This document shows, one piece after another, positions 1 through 7,569 of a stretch of DNA of 51,179 bases. Where the stretch lies: positions 1 through 51,179 of the forward strand of contig JAZRAY010000121.1 in assembly GCA_045634805.1 (NCBI GenBank), written 5' to 3'. The DNA is from Succinivibrio sp. GTDB taxonomy: Bacteria; Pseudomonadota; Gammaproteobacteria; Enterobacterales; Succinivibrionaceae. A program made the position numbers and the translations under genes. Positions within the stretch are counted from its first letter, which is position 1. Each line of letters begins with the position of its first letter. The notes beneath the pieces were generated by a model. The model was not told where the DNA came from, did not search any database, and worked only from the letters and a program-made list of their open reading frames with translations.

Positions 1-140
1 AGTTTTAATTCTTTATAATTTTCCTTTATGTAAATATAATCTCTTTTCCAAACACCTTTACCAATCTTGTATTTGGTAACATGGATCATATTTAAATAAA
101 ACATATAAACATTTGTAAATTTTTTATACTTCTGTTTCAT
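1..140 (-). CDS. MKxKY-family small protein, truncated at window edge
   Basis: ATG at 140 overlaps the stop of the upstream gene. Reads MKQKYKKFTNVYMFYLNMIHVTKYKIGKGVWKRDY..., 43/46 aa identical to 50590..50772. Confidence 0.75.
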   Translation of the reverse strand, partial: MKQKYKKFTNVYMFYLNMIHVTKYKIGKGVWKRDYIYIKENYKELK

Positions 141-358
141 AAAGGTTCAATATTCTTTTTTACATATTTATCTAAACGTATAAGACATTTATATTTTTCA
201 CTATCTGTAATAATTCCCTGAATATAGAGAAAATCCAAATGATGAATAGTTGTAGTTGCTGTTAGTTCCACATCTTCTGATATAAATTTAAATCCCTTTT
301 TATGTAACTGATTAGATAAAGGAATACCGCAAGAATCATAATCCAACTGTAAAAGCAT
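137..358 (-). CDS. hypothetical protein, paralog of 3752..3994
   Basis: Coupled ORF with GGAG SD; shares LD..PLS.Q..G..F / LY..GI.T..E pattern with 3752..3994. Confidence 0.75.
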   Translation of the reverse strand: MLLQLDYDSCGIPLSNQLHKKGFKFISEDVELTATTTIHHLDFLYIQGIITDSEKYKCLIRLDKYVKKNIEPL

Positions 359-367
359 TTCTATCTC

Positions 368-649
368 CTAAATCGACCACCCCAATTTCAATGCTCTTGG
401 CTTTTCAGGTTTTTGCGGTATCTCTTCTTTTGAAGGTTCTTCTATATGCACAGCTTCAGCAAAGATATGTGTTTGATTAAAGTCATGACGTTTTGAATAG
501 GATACTTGATATTGTATTACTGTCACTTGATAATCTTTGTGTTGATTAATCCACTCGTTAAGCTCGTCAACTGCATTTGTTTCTCTATACCAACCTCTAT
601 CAAAAGAAGTGTCGTTATATTCAAAACTATCTTTAAATTCTAAGTACAT
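368..649 (-). CDS. hypothetical protein
   Basis: ORF abutting its neighbours in the minus-strand array. Confidence 0.7.
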   Translation of the reverse strand: MYLEFKDSFEYNDTSFDRGWYRETNAVDELNEWINQHKDYQVTVIQYQVSYSKRHDFNQTHIFAEAVHIEEPSKEEIPQKPEKPRALKLGWSI

Positions 650-823
650 TTACTCGTCCTTGCTTTCAGGTCTTAGAAAATCCTCTAACCACTCAACAAG
701 CCAGTCTATCTCTTCAATCTCTTCTTCCTTGCGGGCATACTCTTCTTTGTAGCAGTTCAAGGCTTTGAGTGCGATTCTGATTTGATTGTCATTCATAGCA
801 ACCTGGTATAGCATTCCGCTCAT
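650..823 (-). CDS. hypothetical protein
   Basis: Start moved to ATG at 823, which follows a GAGG SD; acidic helical small protein. Confidence 0.65.
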   Translation of the reverse strand: MSGMLYQVAMNDNQIRIALKALNCYKEEYARKEEEIEEIDWLVEWLEDFLRPESKDE

Positions 824-827
824 ATAT

Positions 828-1049
828 CTACCTCGTAAACTCCAGACCGTCATACTGCTTCAGTAAATCCCTGACATGTTCAAAGTCTTTTTTCTTCTGC
901 TTATGGAACTTGGTATAGTTGGCATTAAACCCTTTCTGTTCTTCCGCTTGCTCTGATGCAATCACACGCTCTAAGGCTTCAATCAGCACATCCTTATCAC
1001 GTCTGTAGAGCCTGACAATGGTAGGAATCAGAATATCTGCATTACTCAT
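828..1049 (-). CDS. hypothetical protein
   Basis: ATGA-coupled ORF in the array. Confidence 0.7.
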   Translation of the reverse strand: MSNADILIPTIVRLYRRDKDVLIEALERVIASEQAEEQKGFNANYTKFHKQKKKDFEHVRDLLKQYDGLEFTR

Positions 1050-1252
1050 TTTTTCAGCTCGTCCTCGAACATGATTTCAAACTTTCTTTTGATTGAATTT
1101 GCCTGAAATCTTTCCTCTTCCTCATGAGGTTTTAGACCTCCCTGATTAACCTTCTCAATCAGGCTTAATGATGAGAGGCTTGTATTCATTGATTTAATAA
1201 TGAATCTAGCTTCAGTGAGATTCACTGGAACGCTCTTTATATCTTCGCTCAT
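1046..1252 (-). CDS. hypothetical protein
   Basis: ATGA-coupled ORF in the array. Confidence 0.7.
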   Translation of the reverse strand: MSEDIKSVPVNLTEARFIIKSMNTSLSSLSLIEKVNQGGLKPHEEEERFQANSIKRKFEIMFEDELKK

Positions 1253-1434
1253 AGTTGCTTCCCCATTGGAACTAAACTTCCATCTGCTTTCTGATACCCG
1301 CTTATCAGCTCAGAAAACAGCTTAACTGTTCTACCGCTAAAGAAAGAAAGTTGAAATCTGACTGATGGTCCATGTGTTATAAATTCGAGATGTCTGCAGT
1401 AAGCGTCGGTGTACTTATAATATTTGCGTTTCAT
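1249..1434 (-). CDS. MKxKY-family small protein
   Basis: Starts MKRKYYKYTDAY, as do the genes at 50172-50927. Confidence 0.7.
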   Translation of the reverse strand: MKRKYYKYTDAYCRHLEFITHGPSVRFQLSFFSGRTVKLFSELISGYQKADGSLVPMGKQL

Positions 1435-1712
1435 TCCTCACCCTTTTCCACTTGTACATTCAAAACTTCTTTGATAACGACAGAATCTACACCTAAATTA
1501 TCTGCCATCCATGAATCATTCTTGTTTATTGGAAATTGTTTTTTGAAGTATTCAATTACTTCTTCATCTGTTCTAAGCTTATGTTTCTCTTTAATTTTCT
1601 CAAATGTTTCTAAATCAATTTCATCCTCAATTTCTAATCTCATTTCAACTTTGATTTTCATAACCTTTACAAGCTCCCACACATCTTTATTCTTATTAAA
1701 TCTAAGTAACAT
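1431..1712 (-). CDS. hypothetical protein
   Basis: Coupled ORF; start could alternatively be 1661. Confidence 0.7.
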   Translation of the reverse strand: MLLRFNKNKDVWELVKVMKIKVEMRLEIEDEIDLETFEKIKEKHKLRTDEEVIEYFKKQFPINKNDSWMADNLGVDSVVIKEVLNVQVEKGEE

Positions 1713-1714
1713 TT

Positions 1715-1972
1715 CTATTCCTTTAAAACCACTCTTAGATCTGCGTCATCAAAAGGTGGATGTGATTCATCAACATTGTGACTATTGAACTTACGAATAT
1801 CGGCAAATTCGATTTCTTTATCCAGCCAAATCTCTTCATTAAAAATCTTAGCTACATCCCCACGATATTCGTCAATAGGTGCAAGCGGTTTGAGCTTTGA
1901 AGCGTTTTTATCTATGACTAAACAAACTCTAACATTCAGAGAAAATTGTTTAAGAAATTCTTTAAGTATCAT
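1715..1972 (-). CDS. hypothetical protein, paralog of 50940..51158
   Basis: LKEFLK...RVCLVIDKN vs LKDFLK...RVCLNIGKN. Confidence 0.75.
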   Translation of the reverse strand: MILKEFLKQFSLNVRVCLVIDKNASKLKPLAPIDEYRGDVAKIFNEEIWLDKEIEFADIRKFNSHNVDESHPPFDDADLRVVLKE

Positions 1973-2163
1973 TCCTTATCCTCTTTCTCTTTAATTTCTT
2001 TATCAACCTTGTTTAAATCATAAATTAACCTTGTCAGTTCTTCGATTCCACTCAGAAAACGGATGTTGTCTTTTGTGGTTTTAATCTCATGGATGGTCAA
2101 AGTAATTAAACAACCGATTAAGAAAATGTTTAAAAGAATTGAAATTACTATCGTTGTTTCCAT
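1969..2163 (-). CDS. small membrane protein
   Basis: METTIVISILLNIFLIGCLITLTI hydrophobic N-terminus; start at 2163 follows the upstream stop. Confidence 0.7.
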   Translation of the reverse strand: METTIVISILLNIFLIGCLITLTIHEIKTTKDNIRFLSGIEELTRLIYDLNKVDKEIKEKEDKE

Positions 2164-2164
2164 T

Positions 2165-2371
2165 TTATTTTTCAGCCTCCTCAGCCTCTTCAAAATCCTT
2201 TCTGTGTAGAAGATTCTTAACTTTACAAAGCGCTTTCTCACAAATAATTTTGCGATTTCTAAACTTAGAATCATCCCTTGTATATTTCATTTTTCGGTCC
2301 AGAATGTCGATTTCATCAATCAAAGACTGGTGTATTGCCACTAATTCTCTTGAAGATAGATCTACGTTCAT
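2165..2371 (-). CDS. hypothetical protein
   Basis: ATGA-coupled ORF with GGAG SD. Confidence 0.7.
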   Translation of the reverse strand: MNVDLSSRELVAIHQSLIDEIDILDRKMKYTRDDSKFRNRKIICEKALCKVKNLLHRKDFEEAEEAEK

Positions 2372-2640
2372 TCCTCATACTCCGCAACATAGTCTTGAAT
2401 GATTTCATTGTTAGACATATCGAAGTATGTGTCTTTTATGTAAATTTCACCTGAATACTCTATATTGTGTCCGTTAGGTAATTTACCCTCATACCGGTAA
2501 GTAACAAGTGAATCAACCACATCTTGCTCAATATTTTCAATGAATAATTTTTCAATCTCTAAATGGTCTTCATGTTCAATTAGAATTGTCAGGATTCTTT
2601 TTAAGTTATTAAAGAAGTCAATATTTTGTTCTAAAATCAT
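2368..2640 (-). CDS. hypothetical protein
   Basis: ORF with GGAGTTGAGGAATG start context. Confidence 0.7.
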   Translation of the reverse strand: MILEQNIDFFNNLKRILTILIEHEDHLEIEKLFIENIEQDVVDSLVTYRYEGKLPNGHNIEYSGEIYIKDTYFDMSNNEIIQDYVAEYEE

Positions 2641-2652
2641 TCCTCAACTCCA

Positions 2653-2862
2653 TTAACCAAGTTTTAATTCCTCTAAAGTTGAAATTTCCTTTATTAACCG
2701 TTCTGTTTTTTCGTAAGTTGTATCTTCTATTTCTACTCTTTCTTTAGGTCTGAATGGTTCTTTATTATTCCAATCTAACTTCCATTCAACATAATCACGA
2801 TATACTTCAAGAGCACGTATTATTAGATTAAGCGTTTTTGTATCTGCTATTCTTACTTTCAT
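2653..2862 (-). CDS. hypothetical protein
   Basis: ATGA-coupled ORF in the array. Confidence 0.7.
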   Translation of the reverse strand: MKVRIADTKTLNLIIRALEVYRDYVEWKLDWNNKEPFRPKERVEIEDTTYEKTERLIKEISTLEELKLG

Positions 2863-3071
2863 TCTTTTAACTCTCTTGCATAAATGTGATCGATAGTTAC
2901 ATCCGCATCGTTACTACTTCCAATTTCATCAAGTAAAACTTCAGATAATTCATCTTCAGAATATTCACTCTTAAATTTTTCTAAAGCTTGTTCTTCTGTT
3001 TCTGCTTCAATTTCATATTTTCCATGTGCTAAGTATTCAATCCTACCAACAACATTTATTTCATATTTCAT
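2859..3071 (-). CDS. hypothetical acidic protein
   Basis: Start at 3071 (MKYEINVV) after GGAGTGAAAGA. Confidence 0.7.
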   Translation of the reverse strand: MKYEINVVGRIEYLAHGKYEIEAETEEQALEKFKSEYSEDELSEVLLDEIGSSNDADVTIDHIYARELKE

Positions 3072-3268
3072 TCTTTCACTCCAAACATAAACCATTGAAC
3101 TATTGATAAGCCAGCTACAATAAAGCAAGCAATAACAATCATAGTTATAGCTATATCTTTTGCACTTTTAAAAGCCTCTTCCCAATCAATATCTAATGAC
3201 ATAAACCACAGAACAGTGACTATTAAACAAACAATTAGGCAAGGTATAGCTAACCATAGAGGAATCAT
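3068..3268 (-). CDS. small two-TM membrane protein
   Basis: Two hydrophobic segments; start at 3268 after GGAGTGGAGGA. Confidence 0.7.
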   Translation of the reverse strand: MIPLWLAIPCLIVCLIVTVLWFMSLDIDWEEAFKSAKDIAITMIVIACFIVAGLSIVQWFMFGVKE

Positions 3269-3765
3269 TCCTCCACTCCAAATGGTTGCCAAACACCATC
3301 TTTATTTAATTCAAGTTCAAAAAATAATTTTTCCATACTGTAATTAACCAAACCTAAAGTGATACATGATTCTTCTTTATTGCTAAAAACATTGATTATC
3401 AAAGCTTGTCCTACAGTTATGCCATTACCTTTATTTCGCCAAGTTATCTTAGTTCCTATTAAGGATTTAGTTTCTATTCCAAGAGTTTTAGCTAACTCTT
3501 CATGATTATTAAAAGCTCTCCACTTCTTTTCTTCAACTTCCTTAACCTTGTCTGCTGGGAGGAAAAATAAACTTCCTTTACCACAAGTAATAAAAGGAAA
3601 GTCATGAAGTTGATTCACATCATCTAATATTTCAAAGCAATTTTGACGCACTAATGCATTTAAATAACTTAATGTATCTGCGAAAAAGCCATCTTTGTTT
3701 ATATAGCTTCTTGCTTCTTCAGCATTTAGAACTGAATAAACGTCTTTTCTATCAAATGTTTTCAT
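3265..3765 (-). CDS. hypothetical protein ending WQPFGVEE
   Basis: 166-aa ORF; its C-terminal motif recurs at the extreme right end of the window (QPFGVKE). Confidence 0.75.
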   Translation of the reverse strand: MKTFDRKDVYSVLNAEEARSYINKDGFFADTLSYLNALVRQNCFEILDDVNQLHDFPFITCGKGSLFFLPADKVKEVEEKKWRAFNNHEELAKTLGIETKSLIGTKITWRNKGNGITVGQALIINVFSNKEESCITLGLVNYSMEKLFFELELNKDGVWQPFGVEE

Positions 3766-3994
3766 CGTTCATCCCCATTGGCTTAACACACTTTTCAATG
3801 AGATCATAAAGTTTTGAGAAGGCCTTATCTCTTTCCTTCTCCGTCAGGATTCCACAGCAATACAAGTCACAAATTTCTATATGTAGGTTATTAATGCGAT
3901 TTTTCGCTTCTTCTTTTTTAAATTCATATCCTGCTAAACGAATCTGAAAAGATAGAGGAACAGCCGTATTTTGAAAGTCCAATAAAATAACCAT
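3752..3994 (-). CDS. hypothetical protein, paralog of 137..358
   Basis: Shared motif pattern with 137..358. Confidence 0.75.
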   Translation of the reverse strand: MVILLDFQNTAVPLSFQIRLAGYEFKKEEAKNRINNLHIEICDLYCCGILTEKERDKAFSKLYDLIEKCVKPMGMNDENI

Positions 3995-3995
3995 T

Positions 3996-4352
3996 TTATT
4001 TTTCCTCTCTGTCCATGACGGCCATACTGGAGAGCTTGTCTTTGAGAATATTAAGCATTTCTATCTTCATCTTAGATTCTTCAGACATTCTCTGTTCTTT
4101 GTCCATAAAGGCCAGTTGCAAGGTTTTATCTGTTAAATCTAGCATCCGTTTAGGACATAGGAAGGCATGTGTTACAATCGCTTTTTGAAGTTCTGATTTA
4201 GGTTCATAGCCTTTAGCTCTTTGTTCTAATTCATTGCTGATAGCCTTCAAGCTGAATCGTGCCGTTTCTACGTATTCCCTGATGTCTTCAATCTGTTCTT
4301 CAAGCTTTTTAATCTTTTGTAAAGCCTGCTGATATTCTTCCAGTAATTCCAT
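3996..4352 (-). CDS. coiled-coil hypothetical protein
   Basis: 118-aa ORF with GAGG SD. Confidence 0.7.
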   Translation of the reverse strand: MELLEEYQQALQKIKKLEEQIEDIREYVETARFSLKAISNELEQRAKGYEPKSELQKAIVTHAFLCPKRMLDLTDKTLQLAFMDKEQRMSEESKMKIEMLNILKDKLSSMAVMDREEK

Positions 4353-4364
4353 ATAAGACCTCTT

Positions 4365-4434
4365 AAAAAAAACTAGCCTATGCTGTGAATTTCAGATGTG
4401 TTTTTGGGTTCTCGAACAAATAAACATAGGCTAG
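4365..4434 (-). terminator. long-loop hairpin followed by U-tract, possible intrinsic terminator
   Basis: CTAGCCTATG 4373-4382 pairs with CATAGGCTAG 4425-4434; A8 on the plus strand gives U8 on the minus strand. Confidence 0.45.
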
Positions 4435-4505
4435 GAAAAAACTATTTACTGCTACCTAGTAAATCTCTTAAATATTCCTCAAGAATCTCGTCGTCTCTGT
4501 TTGAT

Positions 4506-5233
4506 TTAGTCGCCATTATTAATCTCACTTTCAAATCTCTTCTCTAAGGCTTCCAATGAATAATCGGGTCTAAATAGGATTGATGTCTTTTGCTGCATTC
4601 CCTTTAATATTTCCCAATATTCAGGAAGATTGTTATAAATTGCTTCTAATTCTTTCAGGTTCTTGTTTCCGCAACAGTAGCAGGAGACTCTATCAAGCAC
4701 CTGATACAACTGCACTCCGTTATCTTCCAGATATGTAAATCCGTTTTTGTAGCACTTAACTAGGCAGTCATTTTCAGTCATGCCCCATAAAATCAGGGGA
4801 TAGATTTTGATGTTTTTGCCTCTTTTAATACGAACTCTGTCAAGTTCATCCTTGGCGATTCCAACATATTCACATACTGGCTCATCGCCGAAAGTCTCTT
4901 TGTAGAAGTTGTTGATTAACTGCTTTTTAAGCTCGGTTCCCCAACGCGCTCTACCTCCGCACCATGAATAACCTTTCTTTATGCTTTTGTCTCTTGTCTT
5001 GATTTCATGCTCGCAAAAGTAATAATCAAAAGGTTTTGATAGTGTCAGCCGTTTATGCTTTACCCCCCCCTACACAGAAGGGCAGACAAGCGGTCCCAAG
5101 CCTTATAAATGCTTTTAAACTCTTTGCCTAAATCAACAAAAATCACATAATCCAATGGAAGCTTCTTTTCGAGGAGGGTTAATACCATTGCCAGGCTGTC
5201 CTTTCCACAAGAGCAACTTGCTACGTATTTCAT
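4506..5233 (-). pseudogene. PAPS-reductase-like (PP-loop, Cys-rich) protein, frameshifted at a G8 tract
   Basis: ATG 5233 reads MKYVASCSCGKDSLAM (PP-loop SxGKDS) and stops at RGG* directly after G8 (5063-5070). Adding one G continues GYSWCGGRARWGT...YVGIAKDE...YPLILWGMTENDCL...RVSCYCC to 4506 (242 aa). Confidence 0.85.
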
Positions 5234-5236
5234 TAT

Positions 5237-5401
5237 TTAGTCACCATCTCGCTCAATCTTTTCCCATTCCTTCTCAAGCTCTCGAACATAACCATGGGGA
5301 TCACCTTTCTCAAGTTCCTCTCTTATCATTCGCTGTTGCAGTGTTTCGTATGGTTGCTGCACAAAGTAATCATCTGCATTTTTATTTGTTTCGTTGGTCA
5401 T
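5237..5401 (-). CDS. small hypothetical protein (54 aa)
   Basis: ATGA-coupled to 5398..5781 with GGAG SD; MTNETNKNADDYFVQQPYE...; below the ORF-track cutoff. Confidence 0.6.
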   Translation of the reverse strand: MTNETNKNADDYFVQQPYETLQQRMIREELEKGDPHGYVRELEKEWEKIERDGD

Positions 5402-5781
5402 CTTTTTTCTCCTTTCTTTAGTGGTTTATCAATGTATATATAAAAATTGTGAGATAGTCTGTCGTAGTCACGATCACTTTCGGGATATTGCTTTCCAGTG
5501 TTTAAATCAAGCCCCCACTGACCGCCATTAGACATACAGCCTGTATATAAGTAGGTGTTTATACCCAGCACTTCATACTCTAAAAGTTCTAAAATGCGGT
5601 CTTGGGTATAATCACTGTCTTCATGATCTCGAAACCAGAAGCTCTTAAAGTCTGAAGTAACACATCTGTGATGCACCATTTCGCTTGGATGCTTGTTGAA
5701 GTTATCATCTTCATCCATGATGCACAGCACGAACTCTGTTGGATTCGGCATAATCTTGATTAAGTCCTTAAATTTAGTCAT
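5398..5781 (-). CDS. hypothetical protein
   Basis: 127-aa ORF with GAGG SD. Confidence 0.7.
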   Translation of the reverse strand: MTKFKDLIKIMPNPTEFVLCIMDEDDNFNKHPSEMVHHRCVTSDFKSFWFRDHEDSDYTQDRILELLEYEVLGINTYLYTGCMSNGGQWGLDLNTGKQYPESDRDYDRLSHNFYIYIDKPLKKGEKR

Positions 5782-5797
5782 TTGTATATGTATATCC

Positions 5798-5853
5798 TCA
5801 ATGCATCAGATTCTGACTTTTCAATGCATCAAATTAAGATTTTTCAATGTATC
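5798..5853. repeat. three direct repeats TCAATG(C/T)ATC with exact 23-bp period
   Basis: Copies start at 5798, 5821 and 5844 in an intergenic gap. Confidence 0.75.
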
Positions 5854-5865
5854 TGTTTTTTGTGT

Positions 5866-5997
5866 TTAAGGAAGTCGCTCTTCCATCAGGTCTTTAAGTT
5901 CTTCAATCTCATTTAAAACCTGAAAGACAAGATAGATTGCAATGCCGACAGTGGTCCCGAGTAAGCACAAAACAATCAAGATTAAGATTTCAGTCAT
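5866..5997 (-). CDS. small single-TM protein (43 aa)
   Basis: MTEILILIVLCLLGTTVGIAIYLVFQVL...; ATGA-coupled. Confidence 0.6.
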   Translation of the reverse strand: MTEILILIVLCLLGTTVGIAIYLVFQVLNEIEELKDLMEERLP

Positions 5998-6125
5998 TCT
6001 TCTATGTCCTCATCATTCTTTAGTTCTTTATAGAGCTTAAAAGACACCCAGACGACACCAATCAGGAAGCAGATTAGGAGCGCGCACTCAATCTCAATTA
6101 GGTAAGGGAAGTCTAGTTTTTCCAT
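5994..6125 (-). CDS. small single-TM protein (43 aa)
   Basis: MEKLDFPYLIEIECALLICFLIGVVWVSFKLY... Confidence 0.6.
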   Translation of the reverse strand: MEKLDFPYLIEIECALLICFLIGVVWVSFKLYKELKNDEDIEE

Positions 6126-6128
6126 TTT

Positions 6129-6314
6129 CTATTCCATCCACCTAACATCGTTGGAAGGAAAATTTCGGTCATCAGTTTCTCTGTAATTTTCTTCCGGCTC
6201 ATCGTCATTTGGCTCTCGTCCAAAATCGTCGTATTCTTTCTCACTCTTACCGCTCAGATAATCGTAGTACTCGTCAGCACTGTCGAAGTCATAACATGTT
6301 TTATAACGTGCCAT
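6129..6314 (-). CDS. acidic hypothetical protein
   Basis: GGAG SD, 61 aa. Confidence 0.65.
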   Translation of the reverse strand: MARYKTCYDFDSADEYYDYLSGKSEKEYDDFGREPNDDEPEENYRETDDRNFPSNDVRWME

Positions 6315-6500
6315 TTTGTTTCTATTACTCCAGTTAAGGCTTTATTTAAAAAAAGAGCTTCTGTACAAAAATCAGAGCACTCATAAAGAACAGTGCAACG
6401 ATTGAGCCCTGAATCAAATCACAGATAAAAAAACGTCTGCGGAGCTTTCTGATTTCGTCTTCTACTATGTCTTTTGTCATGATTAACAAGCCTTCTATGT

Positions 6501-6782
6501 CTATTTGATTTCAACCGTCGGACACATAACTCCGGCGCTTTCATTAAGTGAAAAATGTTTCATTGCAGCACCCAGTCTGCTATAATCTTCAACTCTGTTA
6601 CAGGATAAGGCCTCTGTATGAATGATTAGGGCTAGAGAATCATCTGAAAAGACCTTGATAATACTGCGACAGTTATTGTCCTTTTTATTTCGTAGGATTA
6701 AAGGGATTGCACTCACCCAAGGGATAGATTTGGCTAGAATCTCACTCCCTTGGAGGGTGTCACACACAACATCTACTTTCAT
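6501..6782 (-). CDS. hypothetical protein
   Basis: ORF in the early-left operon with AGGA SD. Confidence 0.55.
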   Translation of the reverse strand: MKVDVVCDTLQGSEILAKSIPWVSAIPLILRNKKDNNCRSIIKVFSDDSLALIIHTEALSCNRVEDYSRLGAAMKHFSLNESAGVMCPTVEIK

Positions 6783-6820
6783 TCTTGTTTACGTCCTTAT
6801 CTAAAGAAAAAAATAACTAA

Positions 6821-7168
6821 CTAAAAAAGAATTCTGTCCCGATACTTCTTTGCAGAGAAAAGAATGATTTTTCTTAAATCCTGCTGAGATATGGAGAGGG
6901 CCTGAGCTACTTCTTTGAAGGTGAATTGATTAAACAGTCTGGATAACATTTCTTCTATTGTTTTCTTATGAATCTGCTCAAGTCTTGCAATCAGCTCTTT
7001 AATGCGCTCCCTATTGGTTTTCTTGGAACGGCCAGAGCTAGTCTTGTATCTTTTCCCTGGTACCGCTTCTTTGGCGATTCTCTCATCTGACCATCCACAC
7101 TCAATCAGTCGTCTGACAGTCCGGCGCGATATCTTCTTCTGCCTTGCAAGCTCCCTGATTGCTGTCAT
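6821..7168 (-). CDS. putative HTH DNA-binding protein
   Basis: N-terminal IRELARQKKISRRTVRRLI and C-terminal TFKEVAQALSISQQDL, both HTH-like. Confidence 0.6.
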   Translation of the reverse strand: MTAIRELARQKKISRRTVRRLIECGWSDERIAKEAVPGKRYKTSSGRSKKTNRERIKELIARLEQIHKKTIEEMLSRLFNQFTFKEVAQALSISQQDLRKIILFSAKKYRDRILF

Positions 7169-7178
7169 GAAAGTATCT

Positions 7179-7484
7179 CTATCCTCTTACTTCCAGGTGT
7201 GCGTTGTACCAGTTAATCAAATCCTCACGATAGAACTGTCTCTTACCGCGATTTATACTTATCATGCGGACTCCGGTTAGTCTTCCTGACTGTACCAGTC
7301 GTCTTAAGCTTGGAACACTGATAAAAAGCATTTGCGCTGCTTCTTTTACATCCAGCATTAACTTCCCTTTGAAAGCAAAATCAGACTCAGGAATGCTCTG
7401 AATTTCACGAGGAGAGTCTGATGTAGAGACAACCTTGCGCGGAGTCAGTTCTTTACCTAATAACTGTTTATAATCTGCTTTCAT
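7179..7484 (-). CDS. excisionase-like HTH_17/AlpA-type DNA-binding protein
   Basis: MLDVKEAAQMLFISVPSLRRLVQSGRL...FYREDLINW. Confidence 0.75.
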   Translation of the reverse strand: MKADYKQLLGKELTPRKVVSTSDSPREIQSIPESDFAFKGKLMLDVKEAAQMLFISVPSLRRLVQSGRLTGVRMISINRGKRQFYREDLINWYNAHLEVRG

Positions 7485-7515
7485 TTCTGCTTTAATTCCT
7501 TATTCTTGTCTCTTA

Positions 7516-7554
7516 AAAAATCCCCCTCAAAGAAACGGCAGATCATGAGGGGGC
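7516..7554 (-). terminator. possible intrinsic terminator
   Basis: CCCCCTCA...TGAGGGGG stem followed by a U run on the minus strand. Confidence 0.5.
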
Positions 7555-7569
7555 CAAAGTTTCACACAT

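Noticed and set aside
1-140. Similarity to 50633-50772 as a terminal direct repeat
   Set aside because: Ten mismatches, mostly synonymous, and the second copy is about 400 nt from the end; these are paralogous genes.
1372-2402. Plus-strand ORFs opposite the mini-gene array, and similar antisense or shadow ORFs elsewhere in the track
   Set aside because: They overlap better-supported coupled genes, lack SD sequences and have the Ser/Leu/Phe-rich composition of antisense frames.
4506-5233. Stop-codon reassignment as the cause of the broken gene
   Set aside because: All long genes are intact under code 11 and use TAA, TAG and TGA as stops; the break is a frameshift.
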